The notes below the pieces were generated by a model. The model saw only the letters and a program-made list of their open reading frames with translations, searched no databases and was not told where the DNA came from. A program made the translations under genes and the position numbers. Of a stretch of DNA of 64,000 nucleotides, positions 40,481-56,124 are shown piece after piece. The stretch covers positions 3,782,001 through 3,846,000 of the forward strand of contig OX597825.1 in the NCBI GenBank assembly GCA_951406725.2, in the 5' to 3' direction. Position 1 is the stretch's first letter. Each line of letters starts with the position of its first letter. This stretch comes from Octopus vulgaris. Its lineage: Eukaryota.

Positions 40481-43400
40481 ATCAAATCCGTTAGTGGTTA
40501 CAAATAATGCGGATGGAATATTTTGAAGTTACATGCGAGATTTAACAGGCTATATAAGTAACTCGTTTTTGGGAAACATACTGAATGTATGAGTCAACGA
40601 GAAAAGCCAAGCAACGTCGCTAGATTCACAAGAAATGGCTGGCAATTCTCTCTAAAACGTACAAACAATCATCTTGAAAATGGAATAGTTCATATCAATT
40701 AGTCATCAATAAAATCTCTGGAGAAATAATGGGGTTTGTCAGTTGACATATAAGGGCCATAGCTATTTCTTGAACAAACAAATAACAACTTAGTGAAACT
40801 GCAATCTTCAGTGATATGGAAACTGCTTTTGCTTTGGACGATATGTGAGGAAGAAATACATGAGGTTATTAAAATTCAAAATATTTTGATAGATTGGAAA
40901 ATGAGAAAATAGTCATGCAAATATGCAGTGAGCGGTGATTTTTCAGAGACGTCAGAACGATGGACAGAATTACTTGTGTTGTTTATTTCGATTGTGTGTA
41001 CGTGTACCGTAAGTTCAAATTCCGCGGATAACAATTTTGTATTTCATAGTTTCTAGAGCAATAATGTTCACGACCAGCTCAGTGGAAGGAATATACCAAT
41101 TCTTTGCATTCAAACGGGAAGACGTCAAAGCGCATGTGCAAAGATTTGTCAGTCTGTGCTTTTATATTGCACAATATTATGATGCGGATATACAATGTTT
41201 ATACACGTGTGCAATTTCAAGTATTTCACTAAAATACTTTACAAAGGCTGTCGAATCCGATAAGCATTTTCTTGATTCGGATATGTCGTGTTATGTGACA
41301 TGATATGATGATCATTCGAATCCACAGCATAACACATCACCCGTGCATCTAATTTCTTGGCATCTGGAACGGCTTAAATCACAATACATTTTTTTTTCTT
41401 CGGATACATTCTCACGTAGTCATCATAAGGAATATTGACCCCTATACCTTTTCAAAAAGGATCGCATGAATGCATATGCAAAACGGAAAATATCTTTATT
41501 TAAGATTTATTTTCATACAAATTTTCAATTTAATTACCGTCTAACAAATGTTAATCCCTTGCACAATAAAATATAATTCTTATGGAAAATTAACGCACAT
41601 TAACTTTTGTTTGATGATTGCCACATCATTTTAAATTTTTGAAACATCAGGTGATGATATTTAGCAATCAAAGGTTAAATGTCGATAACATTCCTACATA
41701 TTTGGTTGTGTCTCAAAATATCCTTAAGTATGGGTGAAACAAAGCTTTCGATATTTGGTTGTTTCGCATACGAACATATATCACTCATACAGGAATAGAT
41801 AGTTGAAAATGCTTTTATCCCATCAAAACCATCTCTGTCAAGGGACCTGTACCTGTCCTCCGATAGACAGGTATAGGTCATTCAGATGTTGGTAATGCCA
41901 CGGCTAACTCTCACTACCATATCAAATGGACAGGAAAAATGTCAGATACACGCACATGCACACACACACGGATGTGTATATTACACAGACACACATAAAC
42001 ATATAAAGTGAATGAGGGAAACGAAAAATTGAGTTAGCAAGGAAATTTACTCAACACAATGATCGCTTCGGCCCATCCTGCATCTGTCCCATACGGGTGG
42101 GATACACAGTTAGTTGCGTTGCATCCATTAGTGCGGGTGCATCTTGCCGGATGTCTTCATTTAAATAAGATACTTTCCTACTGAGTTTCAATTGGTACGT
42201 TGGGGTCGCCGTAGAATTGTGGCTATACTCTCATCAGCACCAACAGAACTGGTTCCATTACCACCGATGGCACAAACATTACTAAGATAACACAAGCCGC
42301 CGTTGATTTCTGTAATCAGAATGGAAACGGTTTCGCAGAAGCTCGTCGGAGAATGGATAGAAAACTGACATGAGACTATTTTTTATTTTGAAGCAAAATT
42401 GTATTTTCTCAAAACGGATGATTGATATTTCTGCCCGCAATGAATGCGATAAACTGATGTAACAACAGATGCGTCGGATATACAAAAGTCAAATGATATA
42501 CGACTTGTAACAATAACGATTGCAAAGGCGCACAAACGTCCAGAAACAAAATATATGTGCGCGTCTGTATGACTGCTGTAGTGCGTGGGTGGTTTTGTTT
42601 ATGCGCATATATGTGTTTATGCGTGTGAGGAGTGAATTAATGTATGTGTGTTTTGTGTTTGTGTGTGTGTGTGCATGTGTGTGTGTGTGTGTTTTTATTG
42701 TATCTCTGTGTATACATCTTTGTTGAGAAACAAAGGGTTGTGAGGGAGAAAATCAGACATAATTATACACATGTAGATATAATAAAGTAACGCCTTTGAT
42801 GTCACTGTATAATTTCGTTTTGTGTTTTTAGTAAACCTTATATTCATGTGTATGAAGCTTGCTTAAGCATACAAAGGAAAACCATTACAAGTTATCGCAG
42901 CGTTAGTAACGTTATGTGTACCGTTTGCTCATACTATAACGAAACAGCCTTTGAATTCCTTTGTAATTCTGAAGTTCTGTCGTCTACATTACCCCCTTTT
43001 TCATGTTCATTTTCTTTCGCCCTTTTCGAATTATTGTTTGTATTTAGGAAACTCGTTGCTCATACACTCACAGAACACACCCACAAATGTATACATATAT
43101 ATAATATATATGTATGAATGTATGTATGTATACATATATATATATATACATTTGTTCATCAGTCAATCGTTCTAAATATAGATCTGTCCAAATATATTTT
43201 ATGTTATACATTTTACGTTTATGTTGTACTTGCTTCAGTGATTAAACTGTGGCCGTGCTGGGGCACCGCCCAGTATATGTATGTGTGTCTCTGCTTGTGT
43301 GTGTGTGTGTGGAGTGTTTTTGGGTTTATGCGTTACTGTATGTATATATCTTCGTATGTATTCGTGTATGCGTATTTGTATGTACCTATATGTATGCATT

Positions 43401-43707
43401 TAAGTACATATTACAAATCATTTATATGTATAGGTATGGTGAGAGGAAACACTTTTCTGGTCCTCAGTCGATCAACGAAATGGATCAGTTAAGACCTAAA
43501 GATTTGCGCATTCCGCACACTGAAGCGTCGTGACCCCTCTCCTTCACCCCGAGTCTTTGTTTGGGTTGTCGATGCAGTGACTGTGTTACGAAGTCGGAGG
43601 GCAACTTAATTTTAGTTGCCTTTTACAGAGAAAATCTTTCGTTTTTCCACATACGCATACACACACACACATATACATATATATACATCTCTCTCTCTCT
43701 CTCTCTC

Positions 43708-43767
<60 letters not shown>

Positions 43768-44218
43768 CATGTACGTACGTACATATATGTGCATGCGTAT
43801 CCATGCATGTATGTGTGTATGTATATATATGTATTTCTATATGTGTATCAATGTTTCCATACATTAGAATGGATTTTAGTGCTACGAATTTCCGTCCACC
43901 TAATTGCATTTGCTGTATAAGAATTGACCTCCGAGGATATGAAATCAAAATTACCGAAGACTTTACAACTAGGCTTTCAGGCGGACCTCGTGATTACTAA
44001 TTAGAATTCTAAACGACACAACTCTACATGTGTGTATGTATATATATCATATCATATCATATACACATTCATAAATACATTCATATATAACTACATCTCT
44101 ATATGCATACAAAAGTTGTTAGATAACTATATGCGCGTGTACTTTCAGGCATATATTTATGTGTATGAATAAGTATTCAACTTACTCCATATTTCACTAT
44201 ATGCGCGTGTGTTTGTAT

Positions 44219-44220
<2 letters not shown>

Positions 44221-44259
<39 letters not shown>

Positions 44260-44291
44260 CACACATATATACATATATATATATTTATATT

Positions 44292-44358
<67 letters not shown>

Positions 44359-44370
44359 TCAAGTATATAT
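44221..44370. repeat. (TA)n microsatellite
   Basis: Direct reading. Confidence 0.9.
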
Positions 44371-45034
44371 GTATGTATGAATGTATGCTTGTCTGTATAT
44401 ACATGGATGCATTTGTGTATATGCGTGTGCGTATGGTGTATGTGTAATTGTGTGTATATATGTAAACTGTCATAAATTAGATGCGATCGGGCATTGAAGG
44501 GTATGTTCAATATATTACTTACCTCACTTTCAGATTATAACATTTAGTATATTAAGAAGACCGGGGAAAAAAAGGAAAACTGTTACATTATGATAAATCA
44601 AATTATATTCTAAGTGAATGCAGACAAATTTATTGGTATTTAACATGGCAAACTACCACGTAGCCCCTATGTCAAATGGAGTGAGTAGATTTAAGCAATT
44701 CTCAATTTTCCTAATATTTCTTACTGTAGATTATGATGGTGAGCGTGGTGGTGTGAATCTTTACAAGTTAACTCATTGGGTTTCTGTTCCCTTTAAGAGC
44801 CATATTAATTCACTTCACTTACATCGCTGATGTGTTTCACCTCTTAATTTATGCAGAGTGTAAGAGACTAAATTTGGCACAATTAGTGGAAACGTGCGAT
44901 GTTATACTTGACATAACATTGCACTCTATTCTGATGGCACCAGGCTTCATTTACATACTTTCTCTGTGGGAATTATAACATTATTTATTGTTCACTGACA
45001 CAGATCAATTGAATATAGTTGCTAACCTATATAC

Positions 45035-45087
<53 letters not shown>

Positions 45088-45558
45088 GTTAAATTACAAT
45101 TATTAATTTAAAATACCGCCACAAGTGGACAGATATTTTAGAAGACAGCACAATTGAATTTTACGTATACGTCTACTTCACTTCTAGGTGTATAAATTAT
45201 CCTCCCCAAGTCTCGTTTTATTGCGATCAGAAAAGTAATTTGTAATAAGTTTTACCTCTGGAAGTATTACTTTCTCTATCTATCTCTTTTTCTTTTCTCT
45301 AAGTTCAGTATTAATAAATTAACCTATATGAAGGTAGAAAGTTGAGCGGAACGTTAGAAAGGACAAGTGTATCAGAATAAGGGTCATTTTGATTGAAGCC
45401 TTAAATTTCACAAAGAAATCATTTTCATCATATTTTCTAATGCATACAGAACTGTTATAAATTTAACGTTTCATAGTCGGGACATAAAAAGCACGGAGCC
45501 CACAATCGATTCACTCAAAATAGTAAAACAACAATGAATTGGTAGTATATCTATCTAG

Positions 45559-46381
45559 TTATGTAGATCGTCCCACAGGGCGCTCCAAGACTGTTTCCAC
45601 ACGTTTTCCCCATTCATCTCGATCTTCCATAATGGTCCTCAACTCCTGTACCCCTTCCATACCAGTCTCCTCCAAGAAGTTGTCGATATAAGTCGTCTTC
45701 TTCCTTCCTCTCCTGGTTCTTCCTTCCGTTGGTGGCCAGAGCACCAGCTTGTTAGCCGTTTCGTCGGTATGACTGATGCAGTGTCCAGCTAGCCTCATCC
45801 TTATATACTGTATCTCAAATGTTACTTTTCGTACTCCTTGGACATTGAGTTCCATTCTAAGCACCCTCGTATAACAACCGTTTACACAATGGTCTGAGAT
45901 AGACTTGCAACCGCTGCCCAAAACTGGAGACTTAAGTGATAATGGAAATTACAAAGGAGTCGGTCTGTCACCCATTGTTGCAAAAACGGTCAACAAGATT
46001 ATTTCTAACCGAATACAAGCTAAGATAGACAAGCAATTACGATCAAATCAAAATGGATATAGATTAGAACGGTCAACAAAATCTCACATTGTCGCACTTA
46101 AAAGACGGATAGAGGGAGTTAAGAGTCATAACAGGAAGGCTATCATTATCTATGTAGACTGTAAAAATGGCTTTCGATTCAGCACATCGATGAATGATGA
46201 TGAAGATACTTAAAGCATATGATATTCCAGCAAGAATTCTGAGAGCAGTAAGTAAGCTGAATAAAAACAGCAGAGCGAAAGTGATCACTCCTGATGGAGA
46301 GACGGAATACTTTGAAGCCAAAGCCGGAATATCACATAGCGACACACTAGCAACCTATCTCTTCGTCATCGTTCTGGAGTA
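45559..46381. mobile_element. RTE-like LINE fragment with 5' inversion
   Basis: Minus segment encodes a C-terminus (RMRLAGHC..LVLWPP..RRGRKKTTYID). Plus segment encodes RT motifs (LPKTGDLS..NYKGVGL, QNGYR, YVDCKNGF, LATYLFVIVL). Degenerate TSD GGTAGTATA..TAGTTA. Confidence 0.8.
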
Positions 46382-48375
46382 GGTAGTATACTTTTAGTTA
46401 GAGGACAATCAATGACTATGCGATGCGATAATATATCACATTAGTTCATTATACAGAGCTTAGATAAGAAAGGGGGCATGTTCGGTTGAACCCATTTACA
46501 GGCCTGTAAATACCTGGCTATTTTTCTGCCGTACACAGATTATTTGAAATCACATGAAAATTGGAGCAGAAGCAATCAGTTTTACTCCAGAAAACAAGGT
46601 CATCTCTCTTAACCTTTCTCTTTTTCTCTCTCGCTCTCTTTCTCTCTCTCTCTATCTATCTAAATATATATATATACATCTTTCTTCCTATCACTCTCTC
46701 ATTTTCTCTCTCAGACACACTCTCCCTCTCCCCTCTCTCTCACACATACATCTACAAACACAAATATACTTAATAATGCAAAAATATGGATACATAGAAA
46801 TACCCACACACGCACGCACACACACATATACATCCCTATCTGCCTATGTATAAACACATGCATATACTCACATGTTTTCCTATGTACCAAAGACGATAAA
46901 TCGCGTACAAGTATGGGGATGAATGTAAGAAACGCCATTAGCAAATCTGAAAGACAAATTCTGTTTACTCTACCGAAACGTTGTATACTAAAGTAACTTT
47001 CCCATTCAACGATGTAGTTGCTTTGAATATGATATACTGATGACTATTTGAATTAACACTGCTTTTGTTGCATAAAACGCATTTTATCCCGCCAGGAGAC
47101 TAGTAGCAATAGCTGTGAAGATTTTTAAATATCTATCAATGAGAGGGTGGCGAGAAATCTCGTTTACTTACTTTGAATTACGAGACTATGAAGACACAAG
47201 GCAGAACGAGGCTGAAATGTATGTAGCATTTATGGTAACCGCTGCTGGGAAACTTTGATCTCCGTGCGACTAATATTGCATTTCAAACACAACACAAATT
47301 CTTAAGAGTTGTTGCCAGTAGAGGAATTATGTGCATGCATCACGTATGATACATAGATGGCTATTTTACACGTATACACATATATATGCACGTATACAGT
47401 TGTATGTATGTGTATTACTATATATATATATATATATAAATATATGTGTGTGTGTGTGTGTTTGTGTGTATTTGTGTGTGTGTGTGTGTGTCTGTGTATG
47501 TGTATGCATGTATAATTGTCAATGATTTATTTATGTATTGAAGGATATTGAGACATTGAGTCGTCTTGAGATACGTTTGAATGAAAAGACAGTAGGCAGA
47601 AAACAGTTTTAATAAATATACTGTTTTATAACATTAAGTTTAAGCCACTTCGTCTGGCACTAACATTTTCTTTTCTCAAATAGATTCTTCTGATTTATCA
47701 AATGATTTTGTAAATTTCGAATGCCATTTCAAACGGTACGCGATTAAAATTAACGCAGTAATAATTTTGCCTTTATCTAATAAGTGAATAGATCACTACT
47801 TCGGAAATGAATGCGCTAATATTTCTATGTATCATATAGCTTAGACGATCGCTTTGTAAAGTTTTGTCTAATTGTATGTTGCAGACACTTGCGATGAACA
47901 AAAAACAAAATATTAACAAATATCTAAATCTTTATAAATTTCAAACATTATGTCTAGACTTCCAAATATTGTGTCATCCTTTGTGTAATCAACTTTAAAT
48001 TCCGCCATTTGTTGCCGTATTTTTATTGTATATATAAGATTCAATGCAAATGTCTAGCTCACTTAATTGAATTACTTCAAATTAATAATGGGGATGAACC
48101 AGATATTGTAGAATATTTTGACTAAAATATACGTTCTATTTATTTCATAGATACACTTTCGATTATTTGAAGCGGATTTTGTGATCGATCCGTTTGGAAA
48201 GCTTATTACTTAATATATTATGCTGTGGAACATTTATGTCGCAGTTAATATTTGATCATATACTGATATTGCGTGATATACATGTATATACGTCTATTTA
48301 TCTATTTATGTATCCATCTATCTATGTATCTAATATCTCTCTCGCCTTAATCCCTCCCCATCTCCCTTTATATTT

Positions 48376-48407
<32 letters not shown>

Positions 48408-48408
48408 G

Positions 48409-48497
<89 letters not shown>

Positions 48498-48564
48498 AGT
48501 ACTAAATGTAAACATTTTTATTAAAAGATAACAACATATACAAAATTTCCTGCAACTGGCATGG

Positions 48565-48735
48565 TTTGAGAGTTTGTCAGTAATGAGGGACTTATAATGC
48601 CAACTTCTTCCCACCAGGCGTTAGAGTTAACTCTGACGCCTACATTAATTCTTGGAAACAATTGTTAAACTCTGGATAGACAGTGAATTCAAAGGAAGGC
48701 CGTATGGGTTTCAGCCAGACTCTACAGTATCAAAC
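48565..48735 (+). mobile_element. Tc1/mariner (maT-like) transposase fragment
   Basis: Frameshifted VSNEGLIMP..FFPPGVRVNSDAYI..LETIVKLWID..GRPYGFQPDS. Confidence 0.6.
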
Positions 48736-49259
48736 AGGACTAATAATAGGAGTGGGCGGCGGTAAAATTTGGTGACTCTTGAGTTAATTATAATCATATA
48801 GTTCTCTCTCATCTTCACTTGACCTTTTCATCCCATTATCATTATTACATCTAGGAAATAAGAACATTTTCGGCTCTCACAAACAGATCTTTCATGGGCC
48901 AAATTATCTTTCACCGCAAATACGTTGCGAACGATTAATCGCCGTTGATGTTAGATTTACCTTCTATTTTAAATATCTGGAATCAGCTTATCAAGACCTT
49001 AAATCAGTAGTTCAAAACGGAATCCTTACAAAGGATTACGCTGAATATTAAATTTGAAAGAGAAAATTATGTACTCGAAAATCGACTCCCTTATCTCCAC
49101 GGATCTCATGTTTCAATATATCTAATGAAACGCTTAAAATAACCCTTTTCAACTAGTAAAGGTTTAAGAAGTGCATGAATTACTAGAGTATAAAACTGAA
49201 TGGCGATTTAAGGATTCCAGAATCTCCTGAGATATCTCTGGAGAAGCAATGTCGCTAGT

Positions 49260-49810
49260 AATATGAAGTTAAAGCATTTATTTATCTATGAATCCGAAAA
49301 TCCAAGAGCATTCAAGGATTACTCTGAGTCTAATTTATCTCGGATTCGGAGTTCAAATAAAGAGGCATTGTTAAGTAAGAGCCTTACAAAGAGTGGTTTG
49401 CACACGTTATTTGTCCTGCCGTAGAATGGTAAGTCGCCAGACACAATATTTTCAACAAAACATTCCTATTTCCTTATTTTAGACATTGCACCGAGCAACC
49501 CAACGAACTTAAATGACAGTTTTGAAATCTTTAAATCGCCATTCAATGCGAGAGTAGAATATATCGCCGAGAATGCAACATTACTGCTCTAGCACATACA
49601 TCAACACATGGGAGATAACTAAAGGCATTTTATGAAAAGAACTTTAAAACAATTTGACAGAGGGGAAAAACATAGAGGTAGAGATTTCTGGAAGAAATTC
49701 AACGTAATGGAGGCTGCGGATAATCTAGATGTGCCACGGGATGAAGTGAAAACTTTAACTTTGAATAGTACTTGGAAAAATGCACGGCATTCTATATCCA
49801 TGACTTTACA
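49260..49810 (+). mobile_element. Decayed Tigger/pogo transposase (DDE_1) fragment
   Basis: FIYESENPRAFK..SSNKEA..LILDIAPSNP..ENATLL..FWKKFNVMEA..EVKTLTLNSTWK. Confidence 0.7.
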
Positions 49811-50325
49811 AGTTTTCTTCAAGGAGAATGTTTACATCAAAGCCGGAACACTGATTTGAGAATGGTTGTAGGATTCAAGGGTTGTATGATTCCAAAACGT
49901 TTTAGAAGATGGTGTGACTGTATTGGTTGTGTTCTGGTAAGAAGGATTAGCAGATCTAGCTGAGATTACAAATGACACAAGCAATGTTCCACTTATACCA
50001 ATTACACTGGCTACAAAATAATTTCTAAAGTGTTTGCACTCATACAGGAAACTCTACAGACTTTTGCGGTGAAGGGTTCTCATCATGGACGTTAAAGAAA
50101 AATCAAAAGACGAATTTATAATAAGCTATGTCCTTATAATGAGTTTTACAAAGTTACGATGCATCATAAACAACTGTAGATAAGTTGTTCACACCTTCAA
50201 GCTGAGGGTATGCGTCCATATCCCGTAGAATACAAGCTGTTATCACTGCCAAAGTTGGTCCTGCTCCATATTAAAATAAGTTTGTTTGAAATTTAAAGGT
50301 ATTTCCCTTATTTTCTGCACCCCCT

Positions 50326-50863
<538 letters not shown>

Positions 50864-50865
<2 letters not shown>

Positions 50866-51336
50866 TAATTAAGGGTTTAGCAACGAATTGCCTCACCAAC
50901 ACACCGAATTTAGAAATAGCAGTCAAAGAGATATAGCTATTCCTTCTACTAAAAGGGGGATCTCAGTAAAAACACAGCACTTGAAATGCAAACACAGACA
51001 GGTAAGAAAGAAAGAATGAAATGACGGCAATCTATCATACAATTTTAAGTCACCTACGGACGTACGTTTCGAAATCAAGTTTTAGGAGAGCATAAGAATT
51101 AGAAAATTCTACTTTACCCAAACTTCTTTTCTCATCGGCGCAGGATACTACAATTATGAATAATTGTATATTAAATTTTGAGATACTAGAAGGCATTATC
51201 TCAACTCAGTGTCAGAGCGAGCCAAAGCATGACCAGTACCACGAAATTCAAAGTTTGAATGAAAGTTTGTGTCACCAGCCCCCTTCCACCCGCGTGTAGC
51301 CAAGACAAAATGCTGCGGTCATTTACTGGGATAACC

Positions 51337-51343
<7 letters not shown>
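50864..51343 (-). mobile_element. Solo PLE pseudo-LTR / retrozyme-like insertion in (TA)n
   Basis: Unique sequence flanked by (TA)n on both sides and containing a hammerhead. Confidence 0.65.
51053..51144 (-). ncRNA. Type I hammerhead ribozyme with long stem II
   Basis: Minus strand reads CCTGCG CCGATGA GAAAagAAGTTTggg..cctaAAACTTgaTTTC GAAA CGTACG TC|CGTAGG. 6-bp stem I with one G-U, palindromic stem III, GUC triplet. Confidence 0.8.
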
Positions 51344-51381
<38 letters not shown>

Positions 51382-51409
51382 TCATACATATATACACATA
51401 AACACACAC

Positions 51410-51456
<47 letters not shown>

Positions 51457-53694
51457 ACAAACTAATACATTCTATGTGACCGTCCTCTAATGTTTAATGT
51501 TCATTTACTCGATTTCATTGTGTGAGGGTGGGGATATGTGTGTCACATAGTGTTTTCCCTTGATGTGAGCCATAAGCATTGAGTTAGTATATCAAATTTG
51601 GATAGGTAGGAACCTATGTAGTAAGCATATATCTCTTCGGGGCAAACGCCTACTATCTTAAACTTGACATTAACTTAAAAGGTATTCAAACATAAATCAT
51701 ACACTGCCCTTCCAGCGCGGAATGGATATTCGAACTCTGTCCTAATTCTTCGTTAATCTGTCATCTTAATTTATCGTATAGCATTAAAACGAACGATTTT
51801 ACATGCTTAAAAAATTCTAATACATTTTACGAACGTATTTTCAAACGTGTGTTTCTTCTTTCAAAGATAAGAAGACATTAACGATGTTAGTGAACAGAAT
51901 GGTTGATAGCATCAACACCATATTCAGTCAAGTATATCCTTGTTCCAAAGGACTTTCCAGATATCTATGATCTAACTCCATATATCAGTGAACGCACACC
52001 ACAGCAATATTTTGTTTTATTGTTTGGTTCACATTGAAGAGAAACAGGTTGAAAGACATACACTCAATGAATAGCAATATAGTTATCGGATTTGTTTCGG
52101 ATAATTTTACGAACACTGCAGCAGTGAAATCCTTTTGAAAGATCTACGGAAGCCAAATAAATAGCGCCTGATAGAAATTTATGATGTTTGAGATTGATAG
52201 GCGTGTGCATCACCTATTGACTACAGTGATTTCTCATGCCCTGGGGTTCCTCTACCGATGTCTGGACACTACGCCGTCGAACGTAAATGCATAATCAATA
52301 AAATAATGAATCACAATTTCCTTGATTTGGCCGGCCGGCCAGTAGTAGCTCTTCAATGAATAGAGGTCATTAAAATATGGAAGAGTAAGACCTTCAGTTT
52401 ATTCAGTAGCACCTATCTCTCAGCATTGCTAAGGGCGCCTTTAGCCCTAAACTCTAGCTAAAATTGACTATTAGCCAAGTTTAATGTTGTCTGCAATAGA
52501 CATTAGTATCTTATCTTAGAATATCTCGGCAGCTATATGCGGCAGTTTCTTTTTATGTCAACTATGATGTTATTCAACTCGCCGTTCTGACTAGCGGATT
52601 ATCGACTCGTAGAAAATATCTCCTTGTGCTTTCTGGATAACTTTATCGCCAAGTGCTCCACTAGCTTTTCATGGCTGTTCGCCAGTTACATTTAAAACTT
52701 TATTATTATTATTTTTTTGTCTTCTTCAAAACCTCATCAACTACCAATTGTTATTTGTATTCATACATTGAGAAGATTCTGCGAATGGAGTGAGTGAAAA
52801 TTATTTCATAAAAGGTGCTATCAAAATACTTTTAAGAAAATTAAATACTATTCACAAACGAAGACTGCTTGTTGACCATACGACTCAAATTACATTGAAA
52901 ACCGTTCCAGAAATTACCTTAATACAAATAAGCACTTTTCGGAGACATGCATGCAGTGTACATAGTCTGAACGTTATAAAGAAATGGTATCGCACGAATG
53001 TAAATATAAATATAATATTCCTCGGTGAAGAATGTATTCAAATTAATATAATGAGCAAATACAATCGTCTACATTACTGAATCATTACACCATACTCTTC
53101 GTTATTAGTTTTTCAAGCGTACACACATACTCACTTTTTAATAGATACACCCAGATATTTAGATATTGGCAGACGCATATGATTACAGACATTTCATAGC
53201 ACACGCACACACACAAGCGTATAAGTACACAAGTATGTTATTTAAGTGTGCGTTACGTGTACACCGCTGAATCGTGTCTCCTAAATAATGGTGTTATGTT
53301 CTAACTAGGTATTCATGCATTACAATGCAATTGATTAAACGTATATATATGATGTAAGTTAGTGTGGTTGTGTCTTTAGGTCTATAAGCAAGGGTTATCA
53401 ATAATTATATTTTGCCGTACATATATACGCACAACCAAGTCAATATTTGCATGCGCTTGTTTTTGTATGTATGAAAAAATACTTCATACATAGAGAAAAA
53501 TCGCTGTGGCAAGAGGTTCGGCGCAAAAAGATTCACTTGACCTCCATGTAAACAGTCACTTATCGTAACAACTACCGTTCTGTTATCTTACATGTTACCA
53601 GTGCAGAATACGTAATTCAGATTGCAGTGTTTTCTTTAAATCATATCGCATTTCGCTTGCTCATCAGCCATCAACTGCTAAACTGTCTATTCAA

Positions 53695-53898
<204 letters not shown>

Positions 53899-54106
53899 AA
53901 TCAAAGAATTATTGCCCACAAATTTCACACAATATAATATATATATATATAAAATTTGAAAAGAAACACCTTTTATCAATTCAAAATGAACGATTAAATT
54001 ACACCATCTAGAAAATTACATATAATAGAAATATTAAAATTAAAATAACAATAAAATATCAATGATTAAGTGAATTGCAAAACAAATACTAAAATCAAAT
54101 ATAATT

Positions 54107-54165
<59 letters not shown>

Positions 54166-54167
<2 letters not shown>

Positions 54168-54323
54168 CAACAATTGAGGGTAAAATTAATTAGCTATTAA
54201 TCAATTTCACCAAGTATTCAGTATGTAAAGGGACCATTTAAGGCGAATTCAAAATATTACATTGTATAAAAGGGCTTAGTAAAATATGTGGCAAAGTAAT
54301 TTATTTTACTAAGCCCTTTTATA

Positions 54324-54327
<4 letters not shown>
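54166..54327. mobile_element. Very short insertion with terminal inverted duplication in (TA)n (probable PLE 3' end)
   Basis: 26-bp inverted repeat 54261-54286/54302-54327 (1 mismatch); (TA)n on both sides. Confidence 0.5.
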
Positions 54328-54375
<48 letters not shown>

Positions 54376-56124
54376 TAGGTGCCTAGCTGAAGATGTGTGG
54401 TAGGATAGTTACCAGGTGAAGGATTATTACATTGCTGGGTAAATAGTATGGATCATCTCAAGGTTTGAACATTATAGAAAATGTACTGAGTCCTATTACA
54501 AATATACCATATATGCAATTCAGTTTATATAATCGTGATGGAATTTAAATTCAAAGACTGTGCAAACTTCTAGAGAATAGATTGCACACATTTCCTTTAT
54601 AGTATTTATATTGAAGTGCATGTGACTACATTGTTGCTATATTCGGTTCCGGCGTATTGTGTTATCAAATGTACAAATTTGGTATATGTGATTTGTTAAT
54701 TTGCCACAAATTACTGTCGTTTTCTTCAAAAACATAACATCATTGTCTTTGTTCGCTATTGAGATTTCCAGTGCCAATATTTTTTTGTATAAGTGTACTT
54801 TTGTATCAGTGTACTTGACTGTGAGATAAATTCGGAATACTAACTTTCAGTAACAAAGTTGTGATAGAAAAATATATCTGCCCAAACTGCTGAGCAATGA
54901 GGTAAATGAAAATAAGTTTGTAATCACAGCGTGAAATTCTTTACTGTGTCCCTACCGAATATTTTTACTTACCGTTTTACATCTTCTAAAATGAATGAAT
55001 TTTACTCTAATTAAAAATATAAGTTATAGTTAAATTCATGGAAACAATATAGATTTTAAAAACCGAGGAAAATTCTGATTTGTTCGAATTCTCTTTCGAA
55101 TTCTCTTGCCTCATTGTTAGTTAGGAAATGGGAAATATTAATTATATCGTAGAGTTCTAAGTGCAATAATTCATGGAATAGAAAATATATTCATTTTCAG
55201 CGAACTATTTTCGCAGAAAATATTTCGTTGATTATTTCTAACTGAAGCAGGAATAGAAGAATGTTAGCGGAAAGAAGCATCCAAAAATATGTAACTGATT
55301 GGTAGCCATGTTCTGGAACATGGAATGGTAAAAGAATAGAGCGGGCTCCAAGGAATAATCATTAACGACTAAAAAGAAACAAAATGCTGGAATACATTCT
55401 CCTGATATGCTGATACCGATAGCATTGCGGTCTAAGATTTGATATTGTATTTATTCTTTTATTTATTTTACCAAGCGTGATGCATTGATAGAAACATTAT
55501 ATTGTCTAATAAATCCACATTGCATATATCATTCTTAAGTAGACAAGATAAAGATCCAATCCGGTGTTCGGGTCCACTGAATTCAAATGTCCCCTCTCCC
55601 AAGTGAGCATAATTTGGTGGGGGAGGGAGAGAATTTGCTTGTGATTTATTTCTTGCAACTAAGTATCGTAATTTTCTTTGTTCTTCTCGACAAAAAAAGA
55701 ATCAAATAGAAAAGAAACATAAATATGTATCACGAAACATGCCTCGATATATATGAAATGAGCAAAAATATTTCTTCCAAAATCAGTTGTTAATATCTAC
55801 TTTGCAGCTAATCTAATTAAAACACATAAGCGGCTGCAAATAAGTAAATCAAATTGTTTACGATTAACGAGGAAATGAAATTTGGAAAGATGTAAATCAC
55901 TGAGAAAATATTAAGAAGTATATATCATTTCAGAAATTAATCGAAGTATATAATATTTGAATCTGAGAAAGAGGTTTCTAAACATCTGCTTGAAAATATT
56001 CATGAATATGCATGCAGTAAAAATAAATGTGTCAAGAATAGGCGTATATAATTCGTATGGGTGTAGATTTAAATACGAGTTTATAACTGACGTCAATATC
56101 ATACAAATTGTAGGCGTCAAAATT

